64,000 bases of DNA from Gemmatimonadota bacterium (lineage in GTDB: Bacteria; Gemmatimonadota; Gemmatimonadetes; Gemmatimonadales; GWC2-71-9): assembly GCA_003222135.1 (NCBI GenBank), contig QHUM01000046.1, positions 1,664 through 65,663 of the forward strand. Direction: 5' to 3'. Shown one piece after another: positions 51,449 to 58,935 of this stretch. A model generated the notes under the pieces. The model ran no database searches, was not told the origin of the DNA, and saw only the letters and a list, made by a program, of their open reading frames with translations. The translations under genes were made by a program, and so were the position numbers. Each line of letters opens with the position of its first letter. Positions within the stretch are counted from its first letter, which is position 1.

Positions 51449-52690
51449 TTAGAGTGTGTACAGAACGCTGAGCGCGACCTGGTCGGCGCTCGTCGGCCCG
51501 GTGTTCCAACGCGTCACCGTCCGGAACCATTCCATCCCCAGGGCGTACCGGCCGGCCCGGAAGCGGAGCAGGCCGTCACTCACGTGGCTCCCCTGGCGGG
51601 GGAGTGCAGCCGCCCCTGGGTTGTCCGTCAGGTAGCGCTGTGCGTCCGGCTGGTCCAGACCGTAGAAGGCCCACAGGCTCCAGTGCGGGTCGAAGTCGTA
51701 CCCCGCCTGGGCCCAAGCACCCCAACCCCGGATGTTGCCGTGCTGCGTGATGTGGGCGAACAGCTGGCCGAGATCTTTGCCATAGTAGACGTTGCCATGC
51801 AGCGTGAATCGGCCCGGCGCGATGCTGCCGCCACCTTCAACTCCCCAGGACGTGATGTTGCTCCCCGAGGCATTCGTCCCACTGGTGTCCTTCCAGTCGA
51901 GATGGCCGACGGCGTAAAAGGTCCAGTTCAAGTCCTTGGATCTCTTTCCGAAATTCAGCCGTCCCTCGAGCTGGGGGAGCCCCGAGGCTTCACCATTGCC
52001 GATGTTGTTGGTGGCAGCGGCATCCTGGCCAGCGTGTGCCGGTCCCGCGCCTTTCATCGCCGCCAGCTGCAGCTGCACGTTGACCGGCTTCCCGACAGTC
52101 AGGTCGTGGAACAGAAAGATGCCTGGGAACCGCCAGCCGATCTTGCCCGTCGCGCCGTATCCGACGGGGAAGGCGATGTGTGTCAACGACACCGGCGTTT
52201 CGGCGAAACTGGGCGACCAATCCTGCCCGATCCTCAGTGTCGTGCGGCCGTTCGTCAGATCGGCGTACACGAGGCGACCGCGGATCTGCGGCTGCTCGTC
52301 CGCAAACGGGGGGGCGCCGGTGCCGGTGAAAGACCCGAAGAAGTCGAACTCGACCGTCGCCTTCGGCGCCCACTTACCGAGCACTGGTTGGGCGGCGAAC
52401 GTGAAGTTCATCCGCGTATTCCGGAAATCCCCGTCGGTGAAGGTCTTGTCGGTCGTGTCCGCCACCTGGGCCGACAACTCGGAGTTCTGGCCCTGCCCGA
52501 ACGGTGCACTGAACAGTCCGATGTTGGTGAACAGCGTGACGTTGGCGAAGCCGGTAATGGTGAGCGTCTCCCCCTCTCCCAGCTTGACCACCTGCCCGGT
52601 CGGCTGCTGGGCGGGAGCGGAGCGTGCCCCTCCCAAGACGGAGATCACGACTACGGCGAGCCCAGAGAACGATGCCACTCCCTTTCTCAT
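51449..52690 (-). CDS. outer-membrane beta-barrel porin
   Basis: Signal MRKGVASFSGLAVVVISVLGGARSAPAQ. Alternating beta-strand pattern with many G/Y/F/W residues. GAGGGGGA precedes ATG 52690. Confidence 0.6.
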   Translation of the reverse strand: MRKGVASFSGLAVVVISVLGGARSAPAQQPTGQVVKLGEGETLTITGFANVTLFTNIGLFSAPFGQGQNSELSAQVADTTDKTFTDGDFRNTRMNFTFAAQPVLGKWAPKATVEFDFFGSFTGTGAPPFADEQPQIRGRLVYADLTNGRTTLRIGQDWSPSFAETPVSLTHIAFPVGYGATGKIGWRFPGIFLFHDLTVGKPVNVQLQLAAMKGAGPAHAGQDAAATNNIGNGEASGLPQLEGRLNFGKRSKDLNWTFYAVGHLDWKDTSGTNASGSNITSWGVEGGGSIAPGRFTLHGNVYYGKDLGQLFAHITQHGNIRGWGAWAQAGYDFDPHWSLWAFYGLDQPDAQRYLTDNPGAAALPRQGSHVSDGLLRFRAGRYALGMEWFRTVTRWNTGPTSADQVALSVLYTL

Positions 52691-52787
52691 GACATCCCCC
52701 TCGTGTGAGAAGGTGGGTACGACGTCACTCGGTGGCTCTATCTTGAGCCGGTCCAGCCGGGTGCGCCAGAGCACACGCTCATCCTAA

Positions 52788-53624
52788 TTATCCCTTCACC
52801 GCCCCCATGGTAAACCCCTGGATGAAGCGGTCGATGAACACGTTGTAGACGATGGCGAGCGGAATGCTGGTGAACAGGGCCGCCGCCATGAGCGCCCCCC
52901 AGTGGTACACGTCGCCGCGCACCAGCGCGATCGGCACTCCCAGGCTCACCGTCATCTTGTCTACCGAGCTGATGAACGTCAGGGCGTAGACGAATTCCTG
53001 CAGCACCAGCGTGAAGCTGAACACGATCACCGTCAAGATCCCCGGAACGATCAGGCGGGGCGCCACTTTTACGATCACGGCGAGCCGGCTGTACCCGTCG
53101 ATCATCGCTTGCTCCTCGATCTCCCACGGGACCGAGCGGAGAAACCCCATGACGAGCCAAGTGCAGAACGGGATCGTCATGGTGGGATAGATGAGGATCA
53201 GCGAGGCGAGCGAGTCCTGGAGCCCGAGCACCGAGACGAGCCGCGCGAACGGGACGAACAGCAGCGTGGGGGGAATGAGATAGGTGAAGAAGATTCCCAT
53301 TCCCAGACGCTCGCCCCACCGGCCGGCGAGGCGCGCCAGGCTGTAGCCCGCCGGGACCGCCACCGCCACGGTGATGACCACGACCGCCGCGACCACGAGC
53401 AGCGTGTTCAGGACCCAGCGGAGGAAGTCCGTCTGGCCGAACAGCAGCTTCACGTGCTCGAGGGTCGGTGGGTCGTTAAAAATCCACGGGATGTGGCTCA
53501 GGTCCGACGCGCCGACGTACAGGTCCCGGTTCTGCTTGAACGTCGTGATGAGCATCCAATAGAATGGGAACCCCGCGAAGAGCGTGAAGCCGAGCGCCGC
53601 GGCATACAGTGCCACCCGCTTCAT
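52788..53624 (-). CDS. ABC transporter permease (MalG-like)
   Basis: Six TM segments and an EAA-loop region (EEQAMIDGYSRLAVIVKVAPRL). Confidence 0.9.
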   Translation of the reverse strand: MKRVALYAAALGFTLFAGFPFYWMLITTFKQNRDLYVGASDLSHIPWIFNDPPTLEHVKLLFGQTDFLRWVLNTLLVVAAVVVITVAVAVPAGYSLARLAGRWGERLGMGIFFTYLIPPTLLFVPFARLVSVLGLQDSLASLILIYPTMTIPFCTWLVMGFLRSVPWEIEEQAMIDGYSRLAVIVKVAPRLIVPGILTVIVFSFTLVLQEFVYALTFISSVDKMTVSLGVPIALVRGDVYHWGALMAAALFTSIPLAIVYNVFIDRFIQGFTMGAVKG

Positions 53625-54526
53625 CGGGCCGCGCCCCCGACTTCGGCGCGCCGGGCGACCCGCAGCATCGCGATCGCGACCACGATCAGAAACGGCAGCA
53701 GAAACACCGCGATCGCGGCGCCTTGTCCGAGATCGGCGCCCAGGATGCCGCGTTGAAACGCGAGGGTCGGAAGCACGTGTGTGGTGTTGGCCGGCCCGCC
53801 ACCCGTCAGGATGTAGACGACGCCCAGATCGGTGGCCGTGTACACCACGCCGAACAGCACTGCGACCGCGACGACCGGGAGCAACAGCGGCAGCTCGATC
53901 TGGAACAGCCGCCGCCAGAACCCGGCGCCGTCCACGATCGCCGCCTCGAGGATCTCCTGCGGGATCGAGGACAGACTAGCCAGCACGATCACCGTGGCGA
54001 ACGGAAAGATCCGCCACGCCTGCACGATGATGATCGCCAGCAGTGCGAGTGCGGGGTCCCCGAGCCAGTACAGCCAGCCGTGCAGCAGCCCGGTAGCCTT
54101 GAGCGTCCAGTTGATCACGCTGAAGGTCGAATCGAAAATCCAGGTCCACGCGATGGCCGCCAGTGAGACCGGCACGGCCCACGGCAGCAGCATCACGAAC
54201 CGGGCGACGCGCTTGCCCCGGAACGTGGCGCGGAACACTTGCGCCGCGGCGGTCGCCAGGATGATCACGAGCACCTGGGTGCCGACCGTCACGACCACGC
54301 TGTTCCGGAGGGCCCGGAGGAAAATCGGATCGCGCAGGATCGCGGCATAGTTCCCCAGGCCGGTCCATTGGAAGCTCAAGCTGCCGGCGGTCGCGTTGCT
54401 GAAGCTCAGCGCGATCGCGAGAAAGAAAGGCACGCCGACGAGCAGGACCACGTAGGCGAGGGCGGGGGCGAGCATTACACCGCCCAGCACGTCCTCGCGG
54501 TCGGCCAGCGTGCGCCGCGAGGTCAC
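53621..54526 (-). CDS. ABC transporter permease (MalF-like)
   Basis: EAA loop (LEAAIVDGAGFWRRLFQIELP). GTG 54526 forms a GTGA overlap with the ATPase stop. The upstream part of track ORF 53621..55135 is an out-of-frame read-through of the ATPase gene. Confidence 0.85.
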   Translation of the reverse strand: MTSRRTLADREDVLGGVMLAPALAYVVLLVGVPFFLAIALSFSNATAGSLSFQWTGLGNYAAILRDPIFLRALRNSVVVTVGTQVLVIILATAAAQVFRATFRGKRVARFVMLLPWAVPVSLAAIAWTWIFDSTFSVINWTLKATGLLHGWLYWLGDPALALLAIIIVQAWRIFPFATVIVLASLSSIPQEILEAAIVDGAGFWRRLFQIELPLLLPVVAVAVLFGVVYTATDLGVVYILTGGGPANTTHVLPTLAFQRGILGADLGQGAAIAVFLLPFLIVVAIAMLRVARRAEVGGAAR

Positions 54527-55569
54527 GGCCGTCGTCGCAACCCAGTGTCGGCGTCGAAGTACCGCAGCAGGCGTCGCGGCACCGCAAACTCGTGCGTCTC
54601 CCCTTCCGGGATGGTGAGCGGGATGGTGCCCGGCAGCTTGGCGATGATTGTGGCTTCGGGTGCGGCGCTTTCCGCCACCGCGCCGTACACGTAGCGATCG
54701 GAACCGAGATACTCCACGCGCCGCACCGCGAAGCGGAACGTGGCGAGCTCTTCGCCCGGGCCGAACACGTTGCGCGGCAGCAGGTGCTCGGGTCGGAACC
54801 CCACGAGCGTGCCAGGGGGCAGCGACGCGTCGCGCAGGGCGAGCAGGTTCATGGGCGGCTGGCCCACGAAGGTCGCTACGAACGTGTCGACGGGATCCTC
54901 GTACACCTCTTGGGGCGTGCCCACCTGCCGCACCTTGCCGTGCTCCATCACGACGATCCGGTCGCCCAGCCCCATCGCCTCCACCTGGTCGTGCGTCACG
55001 TACACGGTCGTCGTCTGGATCCGCCGCTGGAACTGCTTCAGGTCGTCCCGGGCCGTATTGCGCAGCTTGGCGTCGAGGTTGGCCAGGGGCTCGTCGAGCA
55101 GAAAGACCTTGGGATCCCGCACGAGGGCGCGACACAGCGCGACCCGCTGGCGCTCCCCGCCCGAGAGCTGGCGCGGATAGCGGTCGAGGTAGCGAGTGAT
55201 GCCGAACATGTCGGCCGCCCAGCGCACCTTCTCCTCGATCCGGTTCCGGGGCGTCCGGCTGGCTTCGAGCGGGAACGCGATGTTCTGGAAGACGGTACGG
55301 TGGGGATAGAGCGCGTAACTCTGAAACACCATCGCGATCCCGCGGGCCCTGGGCGGGACGTCGCCGTCCACGCGCTCTCCGCCGATGTGAATCTCCCCCG
55401 CCGTGGGGTGCTCGAGTCCCGCGATCATGCGCAACAGCGTCGTCTTCCCCGAGCCCGAAGAGCCGAGCAGCACCAGAAACTCTCCGTCGCGGATCGAAAG
55501 GTTCACGCCATCGACCGCGGGAAGGTCGCCGAACTGTTTTCTTAAATTCCGGATCTCGATGCCAGCCAC
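54523..55569 (-). CDS. ABC transporter ATP-binding protein (MalK/UgpC type)
   Basis: Walker A GSSGSGKTT, signature LSGGERQRV, Walker B FLLDEPL, and a C-terminal TOBE-like regulatory domain. Confidence 0.95.
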   Translation of the reverse strand: MAGIEIRNLRKQFGDLPAVDGVNLSIRDGEFLVLLGSSGSGKTTLLRMIAGLEHPTAGEIHIGGERVDGDVPPRARGIAMVFQSYALYPHRTVFQNIAFPLEASRTPRNRIEEKVRWAADMFGITRYLDRYPRQLSGGERQRVALCRALVRDPKVFLLDEPLANLDAKLRNTARDDLKQFQRRIQTTTVYVTHDQVEAMGLGDRIVVMEHGKVRQVGTPQEVYEDPVDTFVATFVGQPPMNLLALRDASLPPGTLVGFRPEHLLPRNVFGPGEELATFRFAVRRVEYLGSDRYVYGAVAESAAPEATIIAKLPGTIPLTIPEGETHEFAVPRRLLRYFDADTGLRRRP

Positions 55570-55579
55570 CGTCGGAGCG

Positions 55580-55795
55580 CTAGCTCCGAGGCTTCCGGCC
55601 GTGCGCCGTCGTGTCGGCCGGCTTGGCGAGGCTCACCGGCGGGGAATAGATGATACGGTATGGGCTCTCGGGCACTTGGAGCGGCCGCAGCACCTCTGCT
55701 GGCGGGGCCGCCGCGGCTGCCGCCCGCCCGCGCGCGGCGCTCCCGCCGCCGCACGCCGCCAGCAGAAGGAAGACGCCATACACACGCACGTTCAT
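55580..55795 (-). CDS. small lipoprotein (71 aa), unknown function
   Basis: Lipobox FLLLAAC. ATGA overlap with the upstream ORF. 10 nt upstream of the ABC ATPase start. Confidence 0.45.
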   Translation of the reverse strand: MNVRVYGVFLLLAACGGGSAARGRAAAAAAPPAEVLRPLQVPESPYRIIYSPPVSLAKPADTTAHGRKPRS

Positions 55796-56166
55796 AGTCC
55801 CCCCTCGTTACGCGCGGCCCGATCACGTGGGGCATCGTCCGAGGGCGCCCCACGTGCGAGCCAATCGCGAAAGTAGTCCGCCTCTCCCGCCAACTGCCAT
55901 TCCTCGAAGATCGACAGCGCCATCGCGCGCACGCCGCCCTCGCCGGGGCTGGCCGCGAAGCATTGCTGTTGCAACCACCCTTCGAATTGGTCCGGCTCCG
56001 GGTCGGCCGCGATCGCCCGTTGCAGCAGGTCGAGCTTGATCGCCAGCCCGATCGCGTCGGGAGTCGTGTCGCGCTTGCGGCGCTGGCGCCTTCCCTCCGA
56101 CGCGTCGAGCGCCGCGAGCAGCTCGCGGCACACATCGGCGGGGCGGGCCGGGGTGCGGTCGGTCAC
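55792..56166 (-). CDS. hypothetical protein (124 aa)
   Basis: GTG 56166 forms a GTGA overlap with the fdhE stop. No recognisable motif. Confidence 0.45.
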   Translation of the reverse strand: MTDRTPARPADVCRELLAALDASEGRRQRRKRDTTPDAIGLAIKLDLLQRAIAADPEPDQFEGWLQQQCFAASPGEGGVRAMALSIFEEWQLAGEADYFRDWLARGAPSDDAPRDRAARNEGGL

Positions 56167-57017
56167 GCGGGCCGCCCCTCGATGCGCGCCTCGAGTGCGT
56201 ACCCTGGCCGCTCGGGTCGCCGATATCCACGCTCCAGGGCCGCGACGTCCAGATGGACCGTCATCAGGTCATCGATCAGGATCGACCACGCGGCGGTCGG
56301 GCGCACGGTAGCGACCCCTTTCAGGTATCCGTTGCACGTTCTGCAGATCTCCACCCTCCGCGTCTGCTCGCCCTCCTCGGGCGTCAGATAGGCGAGGTTG
56401 TCATGCTGGATCTCGTCACAGAACACGCACCGCAGCAACGGGATCGCCCATCCGGTAGCGCAACGCCCGCAGCGCAGCAACCGCTTGCGCTCGAGCCCCG
56501 TATACTCGGCGACGACCGGCCAGGCGCCGCACACCGGACAGTACCCTTCCCACCAGGTCGCCGGGACCTGGTCCGCGACGGAACGCGCACACGCCCGCAG
56601 CAGCGGCACGGCCGCCATCTGTCCCACGACGCGCACTGCGTGAGGGTCGGCGCCCGCGCTCGCGGCGAGGGCGTCCGAGCGCGCGTCGTCCTGACATACC
56701 GCAGCCTCGAGTAGCGCGACGCCGTCCACGTCCCGTCCGTTGCCGTTCATGTCCAGGAGGCGGCGCACCCACTTGCGGACCGCGCGTCCGTCGACCGTCA
56801 CGTGCGCCCGATACAACAACGGCGCCTTGACCGGGCGGTCCGCCGCGGCCTGCGGCACGGCGGCCTCCCACCGGGCGCCATCCTCGCTCTCGTCGAGCGC
56901 TGCTTCCAACAGCCCGAGCCATGCCTCGGCTTCGGGGTTTTCGCGGCGGGCCTGGGCCAGCCGCTCGTCGATCTCTACGTTCCGCGAGCGCCGGAGACGG
57001 GCAGAGGGCCAGAGCAT
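56163..57017 (-). CDS. fdhE: formate dehydrogenase accessory protein FdhE-like
   Basis: Four Cys pairs in FdhE spacing: CPVCGAWP, LRCGRCATGW, LRCVFCDE and ICRTCNGYLK. Start at ATG 57017. Confidence 0.8.
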   Translation of the reverse strand: MLWPSARLRRSRNVEIDERLAQARRENPEAEAWLGLLEAALDESEDGARWEAAVPQAAADRPVKAPLLYRAHVTVDGRAVRKWVRRLLDMNGNGRDVDGVALLEAAVCQDDARSDALAASAGADPHAVRVVGQMAAVPLLRACARSVADQVPATWWEGYCPVCGAWPVVAEYTGLERKRLLRCGRCATGWAIPLLRCVFCDEIQHDNLAYLTPEEGEQTRRVEICRTCNGYLKGVATVRPTAAWSILIDDLMTVHLDVAALERGYRRPERPGYALEARIEGRPA

Positions 57018-57205
57018 CGCACTTTCTCGGTGCGGCAGGGAGTCCGGTAATACATCGTCGCGCCCGCGTGCAGCCGGGCGACCGGGTCGTGGTTGCCCAA
57101 GTCGGCCCCGGGGCCGCCACCCCGAGCGCGGGTGGCCTCGGGGCTGGCGCACGCGGCGACGCCGAGCAGCAGCCAGAGCAGGGTCCCGTGATGTGCCGCG
57201 CGCAT
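56975..57205 (-). CDS. possible small lipoprotein (76 aa)
   Basis: Lipobox LLLGVAAC. ATG lies 2 nt after the nrfD-like stop. It overlaps the fdhE start by 43 nt, so its reality and extent are uncertain. Confidence 0.3.
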   Translation of the reverse strand: MRAAHHGTLLWLLLGVAACASPEATRARGGGPGADLGNHDPVARLHAGATMYYRTPCRTEKVRCSGPLPVSGARGT

Positions 57206-57207
57206 GG

Positions 57208-58128
57208 CTATAGCCCCGCCGCGACGCGGTAGCGGTCGACTCCCTCGGACGCGAATATCGTAGCGAGTCGCAACAGGAACCCGCCGAGCAAGACGAGCTT
57301 GGCTGCACTGGCCACGGGGCGCCGCTGGATGTGCAGCCGCAGCGGGGCGAGGATCCCCAGGCCGACGACGCCCACCAGCAGCACCAGGCCCCAGAGCCCG
57401 ATCCAGACCCGGTTCACCGAGCCGAGCGATGCGAGAAACAGGACGAGCACCAGCAGCTCGACGACGAGGGCCTTGGTGTCGAACGCCGACAATCGGGCCA
57501 GCGACTGCTCATTCGCCCCGCGGCGCGGGCTCAGCAGGATGAGTGCGGCGGCCCCCGTGGACGCGCCCGACGCGATGAACAGGGCGCCCAGCCACGGGCT
57601 GTCCGCCCAGATGGGACGGTTCGTCACGGAGAGGAGGACCCCTGTGTAGCCGGCGATGAATATGCCGAGCAGGCCCGCCACGCCCCCGACGACCTTCGCG
57701 AGCCCGCTCCCGCCCCGTACGGCGCCGCCCACGGCGCGGAGCGCCGGATTCCGCAGCCGCCCCTCCTCTGCCATGCCCCCGAGCGCCGACAGGACCGCGA
57801 AGAACCCGAACACCAGAAGCCCCCAAGCCCCGAAGGAGATGGGCGACCATCCCTTGAACATGATGGCCGGAAAGTTCGCGGACTGGAACACCATGTGCCA
57901 GAACCGCAGCGGCTTTCCGAGATCGATCGTCAGGAGCGCGCCCGAGAGGATCGCGCCGACGGCGGCGACGTTGTACCCGGTACGGACGACAGGCCGGTCC
58001 CCCGGCCCGCCGAACCAGTCCAACACGGCCGCGAGGAAGCAGGCGCCTCCGGCGATGCCTCCCACGAAGAAGTACACGATGATGAACCAGGTCCAGTGCG
58101 GCGCCCCGCTGAAGAAGGTGTCGGACAT
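57208..58128 (-). CDS. NrfD/PsrC-family integral membrane subunit of the formate dehydrogenase
   Basis: MSDTFFSGAPHWTWFIIVYFFVGGIAGG and LGKPLRFWHM are NrfD-family hallmarks. Eight TM segments. Its start overlaps the beta-subunit stop by 1 nt. Confidence 0.85.
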   Translation of the reverse strand: MSDTFFSGAPHWTWFIIVYFFVGGIAGGACFLAAVLDWFGGPGDRPVVRTGYNVAAVGAILSGALLTIDLGKPLRFWHMVFQSANFPAIMFKGWSPISFGAWGLLVFGFFAVLSALGGMAEEGRLRNPALRAVGGAVRGGSGLAKVVGGVAGLLGIFIAGYTGVLLSVTNRPIWADSPWLGALFIASGASTGAAALILLSPRRGANEQSLARLSAFDTKALVVELLVLVLFLASLGSVNRVWIGLWGLVLLVGVVGLGILAPLRLHIQRRPVASAAKLVLLGGFLLRLATIFASEGVDRYRVAAGL

Positions 58129-58934
58129 CAGTTCGATCCTCCCGTGCCGCCGGCGCCGACCTCGTCCATGCGGCGCTTGCGCAGGCCGACGAGCGCGAGC
58201 ACGCCCAGCACGCCGGCACTCAAGAGGGAGAAGCCGGCGCTCTTCGCCAGATTGCGCGACGGCAGTTGCGGCTTGCGGGGGAGTCCGTACACCTCGGGTT
58301 CGTCGACGAGGAGATAGAACGAGTTGAGCCCCCCGAGCGGCCCGTTGGAATCGGCGCCGTACAGCGCCGCCTTGACGCCCTGCGCCTTGAGCTGGTCGGC
58401 GCGCTTCTGCGCCCGCGTCCGCAGCTCGGTGATCGTTCCGAACTGGATCGAGTCGGTGGGGCAGGCCTTCGAGCAAGCGGGCTCGAGCCCCACCGTGAGC
58501 CGGTCGTAGCACAGCGTGCATTTCTGCGCCGTGCCCGACACCGGGTTGACGTCGATGACGCCGAACGGGCAGGCGGCGATGCAGGCGCGGCACCCGTTAC
58601 ACACGTCGGACTGGATCACGACCGTGTCGAACTCGGTGCGGATGATGGCGCCGGTCGGACACACCTCGAGGCATCCTGCCTGGACGCAGTGCTTGCACAC
58701 GTCGCTCATCATCAACCAGCGGCCGTCGTACGGTCCTTTGAACTGCTCGATGAAGCGGACGTGCCGCCAGTGAATGCCGTCCAACCGGCGGGTGTTGTCG
58801 TAGCTGTCGCCGCTCAGCTCTCGGATACCGCCGTTCTCGGCCGGGAGCTGGTTCCATTCCTTGCACGCGACCTCGCACGCCTTGCACCCGATGCAGACCG
58901 TGGTGTCGGTGAAGAATCCCATGGGCTCGGGCAT
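58128..58934 (-). CDS. 4Fe-4S ferredoxin-type beta subunit (FdnH-like) with C-terminal TM anchor
   Basis: Four Cys clusters (CIGCKACEVACKEWN, CKHCVQAGCLEVCP, CNGCRACIAACP, CTLCYDR...CSKACP) and the tail FSLLSAGVLGVLALVGL. Confidence 0.9.
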   Translation of the reverse strand: MPEPMGFFTDTTVCIGCKACEVACKEWNQLPAENGGIRELSGDSYDNTRRLDGIHWRHVRFIEQFKGPYDGRWLMMSDVCKHCVQAGCLEVCPTGAIIRTEFDTVVIQSDVCNGCRACIAACPFGVIDVNPVSGTAQKCTLCYDRLTVGLEPACSKACPTDSIQFGTITELRTRAQKRADQLKAQGVKAALYGADSNGPLGGLNSFYLLVDEPEVYGLPRKPQLPSRNLAKSAGFSLLSAGVLGVLALVGLRKRRMDEVGAGGTGGSN

Positions 58935-58935
58935 A

